A stretch of 64,000 nucleotides of DNA, from positions 1,862 to 65,861 of IMG/VR virus record IMGVR_UViG_3300023179_000105; one strand, written 5' to 3'. The translations under genes were made by a program, and so were the position numbers. The notes under the pieces were generated by a model. It saw only the letters and a list, made by a program, of their open reading frames with translations. It was not told the DNA's origin and made no database searches. Source of the stretch: a virus. Lineage: Duplodnaviria > Caudoviricetes. Below are positions 19,596 through 30,134 of this stretch, piece after piece. Each line of letters starts with the position of its first letter. The first letter of the stretch is position 1.

Positions 19596-21673
19596 TAGGC
19601 TGTCGGTACCATTTTTAGCTGAATTGCTTGTGCGTTGTTGGTATCGATGGCCAACAATCTATTTCTTACTGGTGGAATAACACCAGATTCCGGAACAACG
19701 TTAAGTGTTAAAATGTTTTCATCATAGAATGGATTCCGAACAACATTAACTGTATATAAGTTATTAATTGTAATTCTACCTGTGAGATAATCAATTACAC
19801 CGGCATTTTCATTAATGAAAACTTTTTCACCGGTTGTTTTATAGTAATATGTTCTTAGTGTTCCGTAATTCGACCTCAATTTGGCAGATAGAGATGCTTC
19901 GCTTCCGAATGGGTCGGATATTGATACTGTAGCCTGTGTGTAGTTAATACCGGCATTTGTAACCTCTACAGAACGGACTCTACCATTAACGATGGTTGCT
20001 GTTGCGGTTGCTCCAGTACCGTCACCAGTAATTGTAACAACTGGTGTAGATGTATAATTAACACCGGCATTTACAACACCAATAGAAGCAATACCAGTAT
20101 ATGATTCTGGAACCTCTTCAAAGAATACTTGTCTTTGTGAACCAGCAGAATCCAATACGGTAATTTGAGGATAACTATAAAGTTTCTGTAAGAAGTCACC
20201 TTTTCTCAAAGAGGTATTAAAATTGATTTCATACGACGCCGTTGCTGATGGTGTTAGTTTTTTTCTATTCTGTAAATATACAGTAATGTCCGAGGCCGTA
20301 ATAGAACCGTCGGCGCTTTCAATATATTGCTGTAATTTCGATAATTTAAAGGTTGACTTAAAGGTATACAACTCATCCTGAGCATACTGATAAATTGATT
20401 CCTTGATTAAGTTCAAAATTTCGGTATCATCTTTAGTTGTTAGATTAGGATTGTAGTTGATATTACCTCTAACCTGAATAAACACATATTCCGGGTCAAC
20501 AATTTCAGGAACAACTGTGAGAACATTTCTATTGAGGATAAGTGTATCTTTAATTCTTTGCTTCTCAAGGTCGGTTAGTGTATAATAACCGCGAGTTTTC
20601 AAAGAGATATAAACTTTTCCATAAACTATTGGATCGTTTTCTTCTCCACCCCAAACAGAAACGGCTTCAATATTATTATAATCTTTTGTGATTAATGCTT
20701 CGTAGTCATTAACCGTAACGGCACGGTTTTGAGAAGAATAGTAATAAGGTGCTCTGAAACGAACCGCATCTATATCTTCTTTGCTTGTACCACCATAAGA
20801 ACCGCCATGTGCGGTCGTTTTAACATTATCACGGAAAAGACCAGCAACCGGATCGACAAATGAATACTTAGTTATATTATTGGCAATTGTACCAACAGTA
20901 TCGAGATATGTCATTATGATGATGTTATCATTAGCAGGTTTTTTACCAAGGACATCATCACCAAAATAAATTGTATATCTTAAATCATGGTCTTCTTCTA
21001 AGAAGTAAACTTCTGAGTTGGCTTGAATTTCTGTTAAGTCTGTGGCCAAGAAATACTGAGATGTTTGTGTGTTTGATGATGATTCCTGAACCGTAACGAT
21101 AAGAGTGGTCGTATCAACATTAGATGATGGAATCTGATATCTTCTGGAAACGTTGTTCGCATCAACGGCATATTGGTGTGTGATAACCTCACCTTGCTTA
21201 ATGAAAACATTAGAGAATGAAAATGCGCCGTTATCCTTATATGAGGTATTCGCATTAATCGTAACGAATGGATAATTAACACCATTAACATCTGCACCTA
21301 ATAGACGAGTATATTTGTCTAATACGATATAATTGATGGTCTGGTTTTCTGTAGCACTCGGTGTTACTTTGATGTCCATTAATGCTTCGGCACCATGCAT
21401 AGAAGATGGTACATAGTTAATTAACTTAGCATGTGAAAGGACATTCTTACGGTCCTGTGCGGTATCAAGGAAGGCCTCGTTGGCAATCATATTCAAATAG
21501 AAAGAATTATAGTAAGTATTATAAGCAAGGACGTCCAATAGAACGGACATACCAGAACCTTCAAAGTCATAGTCTTGAAAAGTATTCTGACTTTTTAGAA
21601 AGTTCTTTAGATTGGTCTTGATAGAGGCGAAATCTAAGTCTGCAACTCTAAGTGAATTATTGGAAGTTGCCAT
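19595..21673 (-). CDS. gp6: Baseplate wedge subunit
   Basis: LDF..IK.NLK.FL..Q..F.DYDFEGSGMSVLLDVLAYNT; QNRAVT..DY; WGGEEN.P..YGKV. Confidence 0.92.
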   Translation of the reverse strand: MATSNNSLRVADLDFASIKTNLKNFLKSQNTFQDYDFEGSGMSVLLDVLAYNTYYNSFYLNMIANEAFLDTAQDRKNVLSHAKLINYVPSSMHGAEALMDIKVTPSATENQTINYIVLDKYTRLLGADVNGVNYPFVTINANTSYKDNGAFSFSNVFIKQGEVITHQYAVDANNVSRRYQIPSSNVDTTTLIVTVQESSSNTQTSQYFLATDLTEIQANSEVYFLEEDHDLRYTIYFGDDVLGKKPANDNIIIMTYLDTVGTIANNITKYSFVDPVAGLFRDNVKTTAHGGSYGGTSKEDIDAVRFRAPYYYSSQNRAVTVNDYEALITKDYNNIEAVSVWGGEENDPIVYGKVYISLKTRGYYTLTDLEKQRIKDTLILNRNVLTVVPEIVDPEYVFIQVRGNINYNPNLTTKDDTEILNLIKESIYQYAQDELYTFKSTFKLSKLQQYIESADGSITASDITVYLQNRKKLTPSATASYEINFNTSLRKGDFLQKLYSYPQITVLDSAGSQRQVFFEEVPESYTGIASIGVVNAGVNYTSTPVVTITGDGTGATATATIVNGRVRSVEVTNAGINYTQATVSISDPFGSEASLSAKLRSNYGTLRTYYYKTTGEKVFINENAGVIDYLTGRITINNLYTVNVVRNPFYDENILTLNVVPESGVIPPVRNRLLAIDTNNAQAIQLKMVPTA

Positions 21674-21676
21674 TTA

Positions 21677-22084
21677 CTACCTAATCCTTTCAAGGAATAA
21701 CGTTGATACTACCGGTAAGTTTCTGTTTAATATAACATATGTTAGAGTGATGTTATAACCATTATTGTCTATATCATCTTTAACAACAACACTTTGTAGT
21801 CTAACTCTTGGTTCGAAAGTATTTATTAATGCCGTAATGGAGTCTTGTAAATAGATTGTTGTTAGTGGTGTTATATTATCAAACAATAACTCAGTAACAT
21901 CCGAACCAATATCTGAGCGGAACTTTCTCTCATAGAAATTGGTGAATACAAGATTACGCACCGACCTTTTGATGGCCTCTGAACCAACTTTTCTGGATAC
22001 ATCTCCGGTCGTTGGATTTCTCATAAAGTCTAAATCGAGATCGGAGTAATCTGGATCTCTATTGATAAACTTTTCGGTGGCCAT
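21677..22084 (-). CDS. gp25: Baseplate wedge subunit / sheath initiator
   Basis: YSDLDLDF, AIKRSVRNLV.TNFYER, FEPRV. Confidence 0.92.
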   Translation of the reverse strand: MATEKFINRDPDYSDLDLDFMRNPTTGDVSRKVGSEAIKRSVRNLVFTNFYERKFRSDIGSDVTELLFDNITPLTTIYLQDSITALINTFEPRVRLQSVVVKDDIDNNGYNITLTYVILNRNLPVVSTLFLERIR

Positions 22085-22107
22085 TTTAGTCCTTTAACGG
22101 TTTTATG

Positions 22108-22115
22108 TATTTAGT
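22108..22115 (-). promoter_or_regulatory. Late promoter variant ACTAAATA
   Basis: Intergenic, 23 bp upstream of gp25. Confidence 0.6.
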
Positions 22116-23363
22116 CTACTGCCAACTGGAGATTTCACCAGAAGCATCTGGTTCTTCAGTTGGTTGGTCTGCCCTCTCAGCAGTAATTTTAGGAATACCT
22201 TCTGCGCCTTGAATTTGATCGAACACAAAACTCAACTGCTGAGCCGCACTCATGATTGAACCGATACCACCATTTAGATTGAGTAAACTACCTAATGAAT
22301 CCAGATTAAGAGCACCACCAGATGATACCATACTGAGAATACCACCTAATGAGTTGATGTTGGTTGATTGACCGGCAAATGTTGCGGCACCCGATGGTGC
22401 TCTCATATCCATAGAGGCACCTGCCGTTGCTGTATAACTTTGACCTGCTATAGATTGAATACTACCAGATGCCGCTTTAACCTGGATATTACTGGAATCA
22501 GACTGAATACCAACTTGCTGTGCGGCCTTTACTTGATATTTACCTGACTGCGCCTCGTGGTTGATATCTTGTTTTGCTTGAGTGGTGAAAGTGCCATCTT
22601 TAGCAGTTAGAGAAACCACTTGAGATCCACCTTGGTCGGCCGAAAACTTGGCATCAAACTTACCTTGCTTGGTCTCCATATACATATCACCTTTTTCATT
22701 TTTAAAAGTCATACTACCTTGATTAGGAACCGATGCGTGTAAACCTTTTGAACCGGCAAGAAACGTCTGTGCGCCACGGGAAGCCACAGTCATATTACCT
22801 TTAGCAACCACTGAATGTGCGCCCAACGTATTATACGTAGAAGACCCTTCAACTCTCTTATTAATGTTCTTTGCTGTGGTATCCATGTTTCCACGAATAG
22901 AACGATTTAGATTTTTGGCCGTCACATTCATGCTACCAAGAACGGTCAAGTTATAATCTTTATGAACCGTGACGTTATGATTGCCATATACACGGAGAGA
23001 AGCATCACCTTTAACTGTAATGTCCTGTGCGCCTGAAACTGTAACACGGTCTTCACCAAAGACAACCTCATATTTACCGTTATGAGTTGTATAGTGAACA
23101 CCACCATCTGGACGAAACTGGATTGCTGAACCACTACGATGCTGAATGGTTATGGTTTCATTACCTTTTGAATCGTCCATAATAAAGTTATGACCGGAAC
23201 GTGTCTTGTGCGACCAATAGTTTGGATATTGACCACCGCCTTCCATACCACGAGCATCTTTATCAAAGTTCATGGACTTTGGTGTTTCTTTTGCGTCCTC
23301 ATTAGTATTATACTGGTTGCTTTCACTACCTGCTGCGGAAACTTGTCCAACTACATCTGTCAT
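22116..23363 (-). CDS. gp5-like spike, C-terminal beta-helix portion
   Basis: YPNY..HKTRSGH.F.MDDS.G.E.I...H.SGS......DG then V.G...V.V.G beta-helix repeats; no OB-fold or lysozyme domain seen. Confidence 0.75.
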   Translation of the reverse strand: MTDVVGQVSAAGSESNQYNTNEDAKETPKSMNFDKDARGMEGGGQYPNYWSHKTRSGHNFIMDDSKGNETITIQHRSGSAIQFRPDGGVHYTTHNGKYEVVFGEDRVTVSGAQDITVKGDASLRVYGNHNVTVHKDYNLTVLGSMNVTAKNLNRSIRGNMDTTAKNINKRVEGSSTYNTLGAHSVVAKGNMTVASRGAQTFLAGSKGLHASVPNQGSMTFKNEKGDMYMETKQGKFDAKFSADQGGSQVVSLTAKDGTFTTQAKQDINHEAQSGKYQVKAAQQVGIQSDSSNIQVKAASGSIQSIAGQSYTATAGASMDMRAPSGAATFAGQSTNINSLGGILSMVSSGGALNLDSLGSLLNLNGGIGSIMSAAQQLSFVFDQIQGAEGIPKITAERADQPTEEPDASGEISSWQ

Positions 23364-23374
23364 CTATTCATTCC

Positions 23375-24778
23375 TTATTGATAATATACTTTGTTAAGAG
23401 GATCGCCACCTTCTGTGGTAGCCTGATTAATCTGCTTTTGCTTTTGGGACTCATCCTGTTGGGTGAGTTTCTTATGCATTTGCGTTGCTTCTTTTTCCTG
23501 TGAAGGAGCCAATCTTTTCCACATATCTTGTAATGTACCAGATGCCTGACCGAAAATCTGGCCCATCATGCTCTGTAATTGTCCTGCGCCACCTGAACCA
23601 CCGCCTGAACCTCCACCGCCAGAACCACCACTTGGAGTTGACGGTGCCGATGAAGCACCACTTGAATATGCCGTATTTGACATACTATTGGCAAAATTGG
23701 ACTGTGCGTTTGCCGTATCATACGTGACGGTTATTGTACCGTTGATATCGACTTCCTGTAGTGCGGTGCCCCAGGCATTTTCAATTTGAACAACCACATT
23801 ATCTAATGCTTCGTGGCCCATGATAGATGTGTCCCACTGAAGGCGAGACATAACATACATTAGGTCATCGAGTGTTTGTACCTCACTTAATAATTGAACC
23901 GCATTTTCAAGATATATACCGTAATGAACCACATTACCCGTGACATAACCAACACCATTATCGGTTTCGTGTCCTTGGATTAGATTAGATAAACTCGTTA
24001 CTGCCGCAGACATATTCGGAGTTAATGTGCTATGTAAATCATCCCAATAACTCTGACCACCACCAAGACCTCCTGCCTGTGCGGCAGATGCGCCACCTGT
24101 CCCACCACCTTTACCATTCTGCATAAGACCTTGAAACATTTGCGCCAGAGACATAATCTGACCTGGCAATTGCTCCATCAGGTTATTGGTCATCATCTGG
24201 TCGTTATGCTGTTTAGCAGTTGGTATTTTCTTTAATTCTGGTAATCTAAAACCAGACATATCAAACAAAGCACCATGAATAGGTAGACCATCTAATAGGC
24301 CTAAACTATGCATATCACCTTTTTCTTGTATCTCTCTAATCTTAACACCACGTTTTGTGGTTTCTCTAACTTGTGGTGGAATAGAAACGCCGATGTCTCT
24401 ATTGATAAGTTCGGACACTTTACCTTGCATAAGGTCTCTACTATTACCACCGCCGCCACCAGATTGGCCGTTGCCTTTGCGAATAGAGTTGGCCTGACCT
24501 AAGATGATACCGCCAGCCTGCCCTGTGTTTTTAATATACCATATTGGCGTGCCAGGATCCATAGCACCTGGAAATTGAGTAGCACCTGTTTGAGTTGGAC
24601 TTAAACCTAAAGGTGAGAAAGCAAGGTCTTCTAAGTTAACCTCTTCACCGTGTTCTAATGGATTATAAATCTTGGCATTACCAGAGTGGTCTTCTGGATG
24701 GTCCGCATCTTGACTTTTTGGATCACCGCCAGAGGCAATAACACCTGTCTTAATAAGCGAAAATATATCCATCGGCAT
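23375..24778 (-). CDS. Baseplate hub protein; N-terminus resembles a divergent gp5 OB-fold
   Basis: GVI....DP...G..KIY....H......DL.....P......G...GT.......IILG spacing; position between hub gene and gp5-C. Confidence 0.5.
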   Translation of the reverse strand: MPMDIFSLIKTGVIASGGDPKSQDADHPEDHSGNAKIYNPLEHGEEVNLEDLAFSPLGLSPTQTGATQFPGAMDPGTPIWYIKNTGQAGGIILGQANSIRKGNGQSGGGGGNSRDLMQGKVSELINRDIGVSIPPQVRETTKRGVKIREIQEKGDMHSLGLLDGLPIHGALFDMSGFRLPELKKIPTAKQHNDQMMTNNLMEQLPGQIMSLAQMFQGLMQNGKGGGTGGASAAQAGGLGGGQSYWDDLHSTLTPNMSAAVTSLSNLIQGHETDNGVGYVTGNVVHYGIYLENAVQLLSEVQTLDDLMYVMSRLQWDTSIMGHEALDNVVVQIENAWGTALQEVDINGTITVTYDTANAQSNFANSMSNTAYSSGASSAPSTPSGGSGGGGSGGGSGGAGQLQSMMGQIFGQASGTLQDMWKRLAPSQEKEATQMHKKLTQQDESQKQKQINQATTEGGDPLNKVYYQ

Positions 24779-24790
24779 TATATAAACTCC

Positions 24791-25978
24791 TTATAATACT
24801 CTTGCGATACAATCAAGAGTGGTTGTAGAGAAACCACCAAACTGTATGTTGTGCTTTAATGCTGAAATCAAATACATGCTCGAACCAAAAACTGGTGCTC
24901 CAGATGTCTTATTCATCCACTCAAATCCTATCGAATCACCAACATGTAGATTTGGTTCCCAAGGAATAGTCATTCTAAAAGTTATTCTGTCTCGTTCTAA
25001 GATTGCCATTCTGGCCTGTCTTTTAAGCAAGTATCTTTCAACGTCTATATCACAACCATTTTGTTGCTTTGAGGTGCCTTTGTTTGTTATTGCTTGCTTA
25101 TGATTTCCACTTCCCATGCCGCAACCACCAGCAGCCATGCCGCCTGTGCTACCAAGACCTAATAGTTGTGCCGCCATGCTAACTGGATTAAATGTAGAAA
25201 GCGAGTTCATATTCTGGCCGTTTTCATCAAGACCATTTAGCAAGTCGGACAATAAATCAAAATCATTAGGAAAACTAAAATTGATAACTCTATTTGGATC
25301 ACCAAGGGATAAATTTGTTGCTTCGGAGTGATAATAACGGCCGACAATACCTTGGTGCATAAGTTTCTTTAACGACCTGAAATAATGAGTGCCGCCATCC
25401 TCAAAGGTCATATAATGTAAGAATGATGGATCATCACCATCTAAAGCCACATTTGCTTGCTGTGCGATAACCTGAAATGGATGAATATTTTCTGCGATAT
25501 AATCTCTTGCTGGGTCGGCACTATCTACAACCGAATTAGAGGCACCGGCGCAAGACTGTAAAATATAATCTACAATCTCGGACGGTCTGGTACATTTCCA
25601 TGATTTAGAAACCAAGGTCTTTGCGTCGTTTAATAATGTCTGGTCGCAGGCATGAATTGTTAATGATTCCGTTTGACCTACGTTAATGTCCAATTCTCTA
25701 TTATCAATTCTATAAACCTTTTGACTAACCATCATACTCCTGCCAAGTGGATCGGATGCTCTATTACTCATATTAATAGAAATGGTTTTGTTTTTGAGGT
25801 TCATCCAATTTTTTCTTTGCTGGGTATAAACAAAGGATTGGAGAGTGACGGCAGTTTGTAGACCAGGTGTTAATAGACTTTCACCCAAAGTTACTTCTTT
25901 AATGGTAACATCCGTTAATTCAGCACCATCAATACTTACTTGGGCATTAACTAAGAGATCGTCATAACTACTACTCAT
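24791..25978 (-). CDS. Baseplate hub/tail protein (gp27-like)
   Basis: ESLL.P, VSKS, HPF..I, YFRSL..L, L.VGD.I, YLISALKH; position next to gp53. Confidence 0.6.
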   Translation of the reverse strand: MSSSYDDLLVNAQVSIDGAELTDVTIKEVTLGESLLTPGLQTAVTLQSFVYTQQRKNWMNLKNKTISINMSNRASDPLGRSMMVSQKVYRIDNRELDINVGQTESLTIHACDQTLLNDAKTLVSKSWKCTRPSEIVDYILQSCAGASNSVVDSADPARDYIAENIHPFQVIAQQANVALDGDDPSFLHYMTFEDGGTHYFRSLKKLMHQGIVGRYYHSEATNLSLGDPNRVINFSFPNDFDLLSDLLNGLDENGQNMNSLSTFNPVSMAAQLLGLGSTGGMAAGGCGMGSGNHKQAITNKGTSKQQNGCDIDVERYLLKRQARMAILERDRITFRMTIPWEPNLHVGDSIGFEWMNKTSGAPVFGSSMYLISALKHNIQFGGFSTTTLDCIARVL

Positions 25979-25989
25979 ATCATATTACC

Positions 25990-26796
25990 TTATACAGCAA
26001 AGCTTTGTTCAGTAAGTTTCTTAAACTCTCGTTCTATCAAAGGATAATAATCTGCTTTGATAACTTTGATAAGTCTTTTATTATCATTCAATCTTAACTC
26101 ATAATCATAATTGGAGATGGCCTCACCTCTAATGGTTTCCACTACTGTCTTACCATCTACACTATATGTATTAACATCATTAGAATAGGCAACTGAACCT
26201 ACCTTAGAAACGACTAATGTATCGTCATACATCAAGTCGGCAGTAAGAAATGGAATCTCTTCACTATCACCAGTAAAGGCACTACTGTCGGCCGTTCTTT
26301 TGGTTGTAATAGTATATGGTACATAATAATCATAAGGAACACTTGGAACGTTTTCTGTTAATCTTGGTCCGTCAATAACAAACCTTGAAACATCGGTCGT
26401 GCCGAAAAACTCGTTGACTCTGGTTACCACCTTTTCATAATGGTGAACTGTGATTTTAGCATTTTCAAGGGAACCATACTTATCAACAATCATCTTAGAA
26501 AAGGCATCATAGTTTAAAGGCCAGTCAAATTGTGGGTCAACAATCTGATTAGCATAGATGATAACCCAACCAGCACCAGCATCACCATAAATCTTTTCTG
26601 CGAGAATTTCTGGTGTATCGGAGTCATCTAATTCATAAACGGTATATGATGAAAGATTATTGATAATGTCTTTGACAACACCAAAACGGAAGAATATATC
26701 AACAACAGTCTCATGTGAACCCGTACCGAATCCGGTATTGTTGATGTCGTATTTCATTTTTGGAAACATGTCAAGAAACTTACTGTTCTTTATCAT
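25990..26796 (-). CDS. gp53: Baseplate wedge subunit
   Basis: DTPEILAEKIYGD....WVI...N...DP.FDWP; HHYE; SNYDYE...ND.KR.IK. Confidence 0.9.
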   Translation of the reverse strand: MIKNSKFLDMFPKMKYDINNTGFGTGSHETVVDIFFRFGVVKDIINNLSSYTVYELDDSDTPEILAEKIYGDAGAGWVIIYANQIVDPQFDWPLNYDAFSKMIVDKYGSLENAKITVHHYEKVVTRVNEFFGTTDVSRFVIDGPRLTENVPSVPYDYYVPYTITTKRTADSSAFTGDSEEIPFLTADLMYDDTLVVSKVGSVAYSNDVNTYSVDGKTVVETIRGEAISNYDYELRLNDNKRLIKVIKADYYPLIEREFKKLTEQSFAV

Positions 26797-26800
26797 TTAC

Positions 26801-27310
26801 TTACCTTTTGAATACCCAGTCTTCCACTGGTAGTTGGATTGCTTTATCAAACTCATCAACATTAATCTCAATAAACTGCGACCGCACATGTGTATAAAGG
26901 TATCTCTTAATACAAGGACGAGATAAACTTTCTAACCTTCTTGAACCTTGTAATAACTGATAACTCAATTTAAGTTTAGTTGTTTCATCAAACTTCTTAT
27001 TATTCTGGTATTTCATCAACTGGGTTAATAATGCTTCTCTCTCATTCAAAGTAAGATAGTGAAGATTGAGACCTAAGAAACCATCTCCATACATCTCGAT
27101 AGGAAACACCATCGGAAATTTATCATATTTTGGTAGTTTCGCTTTACCCTTTGGGTCATACTTAAAGAAAAACAGTTTACCAATAACTGTATCATCCCTG
27201 CCTCTTTGCTCGGATGCTATAATAAGTTTACGAGCCCTTGGTGCCGTAGCAGACAAGGCCTTATCAAACAACCACTTTTGTAGGTCTTTGGATGTGTATT
27301 TTTCTGCCAT
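26801..27310 (-). CDS. gp2: DNA end protector protein
   Basis: F.YDPK.K..LP.YD.FP; GFLGLNLHYL; PCIKRYL..HV. Confidence 0.9.
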   Translation of the reverse strand: MAEKYTSKDLQKWLFDKALSATAPRARKLIIASEQRGRDDTVIGKLFFFKYDPKGKAKLPKYDKFPMVFPIEMYGDGFLGLNLHYLTLNEREALLTQLMKYQNNKKFDETTKLKLSYQLLQGSRRLESLSRPCIKRYLYTHVRSQFIEINVDEFDKAIQLPVEDWVFKR

Positions 27311-27315
27311 ATAGG

Positions 27316-27323
27316 TATTTATA
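27316..27323 (-). promoter_or_regulatory. T4-type late promoter TATAAATA
   Basis: Exact motif 5 bp upstream of the gp2 ATG. Confidence 0.7.
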
Positions 27324-27767
27324 TCACTTTTTAAAGAGTTCTGTTTCCGTTATCAAACGGAATTCCCACCCACGACTACGGCAAAAGTCCTCTGCCGCTT
27401 TCCATTTTGCTTGATTAACTCCGTAAGTCATCACCTCGGTAATATACCTTTTTGTCTTTCTCGACTGCTTTTTAGGCTCTTGGGTTTGGGCCTTTGGTTT
27501 GACCTCTAAAAGCATCTTACGTGTCTCACCGTCTCTCCCAACCGCTTCCACGTAAAAATCGGTGTAATACCTGTGGACTTTATTATCGATAGGTGAAACA
27601 TACGGAATGATAACTTCTTCCGAACCCCAACGGATAACATTAATGTTCGTATCTAACCATTCCATAACTCGCTTTTCCCATCCTGACCGAAACACGATGT
27701 TTGTTGGGTCGCCTATATACTTTTTCGGATTTAAAGGTTTAAAAAACCCTTGTTTATAGTGTGCCAT
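27324..27767 (-). CDS. gp4: Head completion nuclease (TnsA-like)
   Basis: P.NP.KY.GDP.NI..RS.WE; WGSEE..IPY.SP.D...HRY..DF; EVKP; NQAKW.AA. Confidence 0.92.
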   Translation of the reverse strand: MAHYKQGFFKPLNPKKYIGDPTNIVFRSGWEKRVMEWLDTNINVIRWGSEEVIIPYVSPIDNKVHRYYTDFYVEAVGRDGETRKMLLEVKPKAQTQEPKKQSRKTKRYITEVMTYGVNQAKWKAAEDFCRSRGWEFRLITETELFKK

Positions 27768-27775
27768 ATATCCTC

Positions 27776-27783
27776 ACTAAATA
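27776..27783 (+). promoter_or_regulatory. Late promoter variant ACTAAATA driving the + strand block
   Basis: Between the divergent gp4 and gp48; followed by GGAGG RBS. Confidence 0.65.
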
Positions 27784-27808
27784 GTATGTAGCAATTCCGG
27801 AGGAATAT

Positions 27809-28558
27809 ATGCCAGGACCCAGATTAGCATTTCCTGAAATCGTCCAAGACGACCAAAACGGTCATTGGATGAATATAGAGGCCTTCGACGGTTCTTCCGA
27901 GATGCCGCAAGCAACTGTGACGCTTTTCGTACCAGGCGGTCTCAACGGTTCAAACATGGTCTGGGAAACAAACCACGAATATCAAGAGGCAAAACTATCT
28001 AAGATTATGGTTGGTGCGGCATCTGGTATACCAATTGTTGGTACTGCTATTGCGGCGGCCGCAGGCGCGGCACGCCTGGCAGGCCAAGCCATCAATCCAA
28101 AAGTGGAAGTTCTATATCGTGATACAAACCTCCGTAGATTCCAGTTTTCATTTATTATGGCACCGGCATCATCAAGTGAAAGTAGAACATTAAAAGAAAT
28201 CGTAAAAACTCTTAGAAAGCACTCATCACCAACATTAGAAGGTGGTCGAAGCGATCCAGAACGCGGTTATATAGGTTCAGCATCCGGTCAGGCTAATTAT
28301 CTTGGTACAGGTTTTCTATTTAAATCACCTTCTGAGTTTAGAATAAGATTTTATTACAAAGATAGAAACGGCGTGTGGCAAGATAATCTAAATGTTCCAA
28401 GAATAGGTCGATGCGTTATAGAGCATATCGACATTAACTATACACCACAGGGTGAGTGGAGCACCTTTCATGACGGCGCGCCAACATCTGCCATGCTAAC
28501 GATGGTGTTTAGAGAGATGAGAATTATAGATAGTCAAAATGTTGAGGACGGATACTAA
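27809..28558 (+). CDS. gp48: Baseplate tail-tube cap
   Basis: NP..EVLY....LR.FQFSF...P.S..E; INYTP.G; L...F.E. Confidence 0.75.
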   Translation: MPGPRLAFPEIVQDDQNGHWMNIEAFDGSSEMPQATVTLFVPGGLNGSNMVWETNHEYQEAKLSKIMVGAASGIPIVGTAIAAAAGAARLAGQAINPKVEVLYRDTNLRRFQFSFIMAPASSSESRTLKEIVKTLRKHSSPTLEGGRSDPERGYIGSASGQANYLGTGFLFKSPSEFRIRFYYKDRNGVWQDNLNVPRIGRCVIEHIDINYTPQGEWSTFHDGAPTSAMLTMVFREMRIIDSQNVEDGY

Positions 28559-29169
28559 TGCCTAACGTTCAACAAACAAACTTACCTACACAACTAACTA
28601 TGAATGAATTTAGGTCTGCCGCCGATAATGCTGGCCAGTTTGCTAAAGGTTGCCGTTTTGTGGTTAGAATACAACCACCATCCGTTATAGACACTTTACC
28701 TGAAGACCTTCATCTTATGTGTGAAGCAGTAGAATATCCAGGTCGTGGATTCAACGTCACGGAAACCAGATACTACGGACCTTCACAGTCGTTTCCAAAC
28801 AACACCATGTATAATACGGCAAATATGTCTTTCTTATGTAGAACAAAAAGTCCAGAAAGATTTTTCTTTGATGAATGGATGGATTATATAAATCCAACCA
28901 CATCATTTAACTTTGCGTATCCACAAGAATACTGGGCCAGAATACAGATTTTCCAGTTAGCAGAATACGGCGCAAGAGTGCCTGGTTCAAATAGAAAAAT
29001 GGAAGTCACATCCAGATTAACACCACAAGCATCTTATGGATGGACTCTACATAAAGCATGGCCTACACTTATTAATCCACAACAGGTGTCTTGGGCCGAT
29101 AATGACATACTAAGATTACAAGTTACTTTCTCATATAAGTATTGGGATAGACCACAAGTCAGCAAATAA
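28558..29169 (+). CDS. gp54: Tail tube initiator / tube-like protein
   Basis: CEAVEYPGR, FF.EW...I, L..AWP..I....SW.......LQVTFSY..W. Confidence 0.65.
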   Translation: MPNVQQTNLPTQLTMNEFRSAADNAGQFAKGCRFVVRIQPPSVIDTLPEDLHLMCEAVEYPGRGFNVTETRYYGPSQSFPNNTMYNTANMSFLCRTKSPERFFFDEWMDYINPTTSFNFAYPQEYWARIQIFQLAEYGARVPGSNRKMEVTSRLTPQASYGWTLHKAWPTLINPQQVSWADNDILRLQVTFSYKYWDRPQVSK

Positions 29170-29184
29170 TATGGAGATTATATT

Positions 29185-29907
29185 ATGCCTTTGCCAAAGA
29201 TTGATTTGCCAACATATGATTTAACTATACCATCCTCTCAGGAGGTTATTACGGTTAGACCATTTTCGGTGAAAGAAGAGAAACTATTATTGATTGCGAT
29301 GGAGTCAAAAGATATTGATGAAATCATTAAGACAGTTAAGCAGATTATCAATAACTGTCTTGTTAAAGGTAAAGTTAATATAGACAAACTACCTTTCTTT
29401 GATATAGATTATATTTTTGTATTTTTACGTGCTAAGTCCGTTGGTGATGTTGTAGAGGTTAGTTTAACTTGTAATAATGTGGTTGACGACAGGCCTTGTG
29501 GTAATGTCTTTGAGACTGACCTTGATATAGGTAAATGTGAAGTGGTACACAAAGAGGGTATCAGCGATGACATTAAATTGAGCGGTCATCAAGGTGTTAA
29601 AATGCGGTATCCTAACTATAGCACGATGAAAAGAATGGAAGAAGGTAATCCAGTCGACCAGAAAACAAACATCATCGTAAACTCTATTGACTATATTTAC
29701 GATAAAGATGGAATGTATTCTTGGAAAGATTACTCAAAAGAAGAATTAAAAGAGTTTGTTGAGGGATTGACCGAAGAGAATTATAACAAACTACAGGACT
29801 TTGTTGATAATTTTCCATCTATTAATGCCCTATTAGAGGCAACTTGCGATAGATGTGGATTTCATCATAAGGTGAGGTATTCAGATTTCTATGATTTTTT
29901 TACTTGA
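29185..29907 (+). CDS. gp26: Baseplate hub subunit
   Basis: MPLPKI..P.Y.L.IPS; RPF.VKEEK.LL.A.E; LRAKSVG; C-term CxxC...DFF. Confidence 0.9.
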   Translation: MPLPKIDLPTYDLTIPSSQEVITVRPFSVKEEKLLLIAMESKDIDEIIKTVKQIINNCLVKGKVNIDKLPFFDIDYIFVFLRAKSVGDVVEVSLTCNNVVDDRPCGNVFETDLDIGKCEVVHKEGISDDIKLSGHQGVKMRYPNYSTMKRMEEGNPVDQKTNIIVNSIDYIYDKDGMYSWKDYSKEELKEFVEGLTEENYNKLQDFVDNFPSINALLEATCDRCGFHHKVRYSDFYDFFT

Positions 29908-30128
29908 TAATGGGACACGATAAACTCGCAAACCATTTTAAGACAAACTTTTCGTTAATGCAGCATCATAAGTGGTCTTTGTCCGATATGGAATCCATGA
30001 TGCCTTGGGAAAGATATATCTACGTTGAGTTATTACAAGAGTTCTTAAAAGAAGAAGAACAAAAGATGAGAGACCGTGAGAATGTGTTAAAGGCCAAAAT
30101 GCAGACTGCTAATAGAAGAAAGATGTAG
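29904..30128 (+). CDS. gp51: Baseplate hub assembly chaperone
   Basis: NF.LMQHHKWSL...E.M.PWER.IY..LL. Confidence 0.88.
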   Translation: MIMGHDKLANHFKTNFSLMQHHKWSLSDMESMMPWERYIYVELLQEFLKEEEQKMRDRENVLKAKMQTANRRKM

Positions 30129-30134
30129 CAATAG

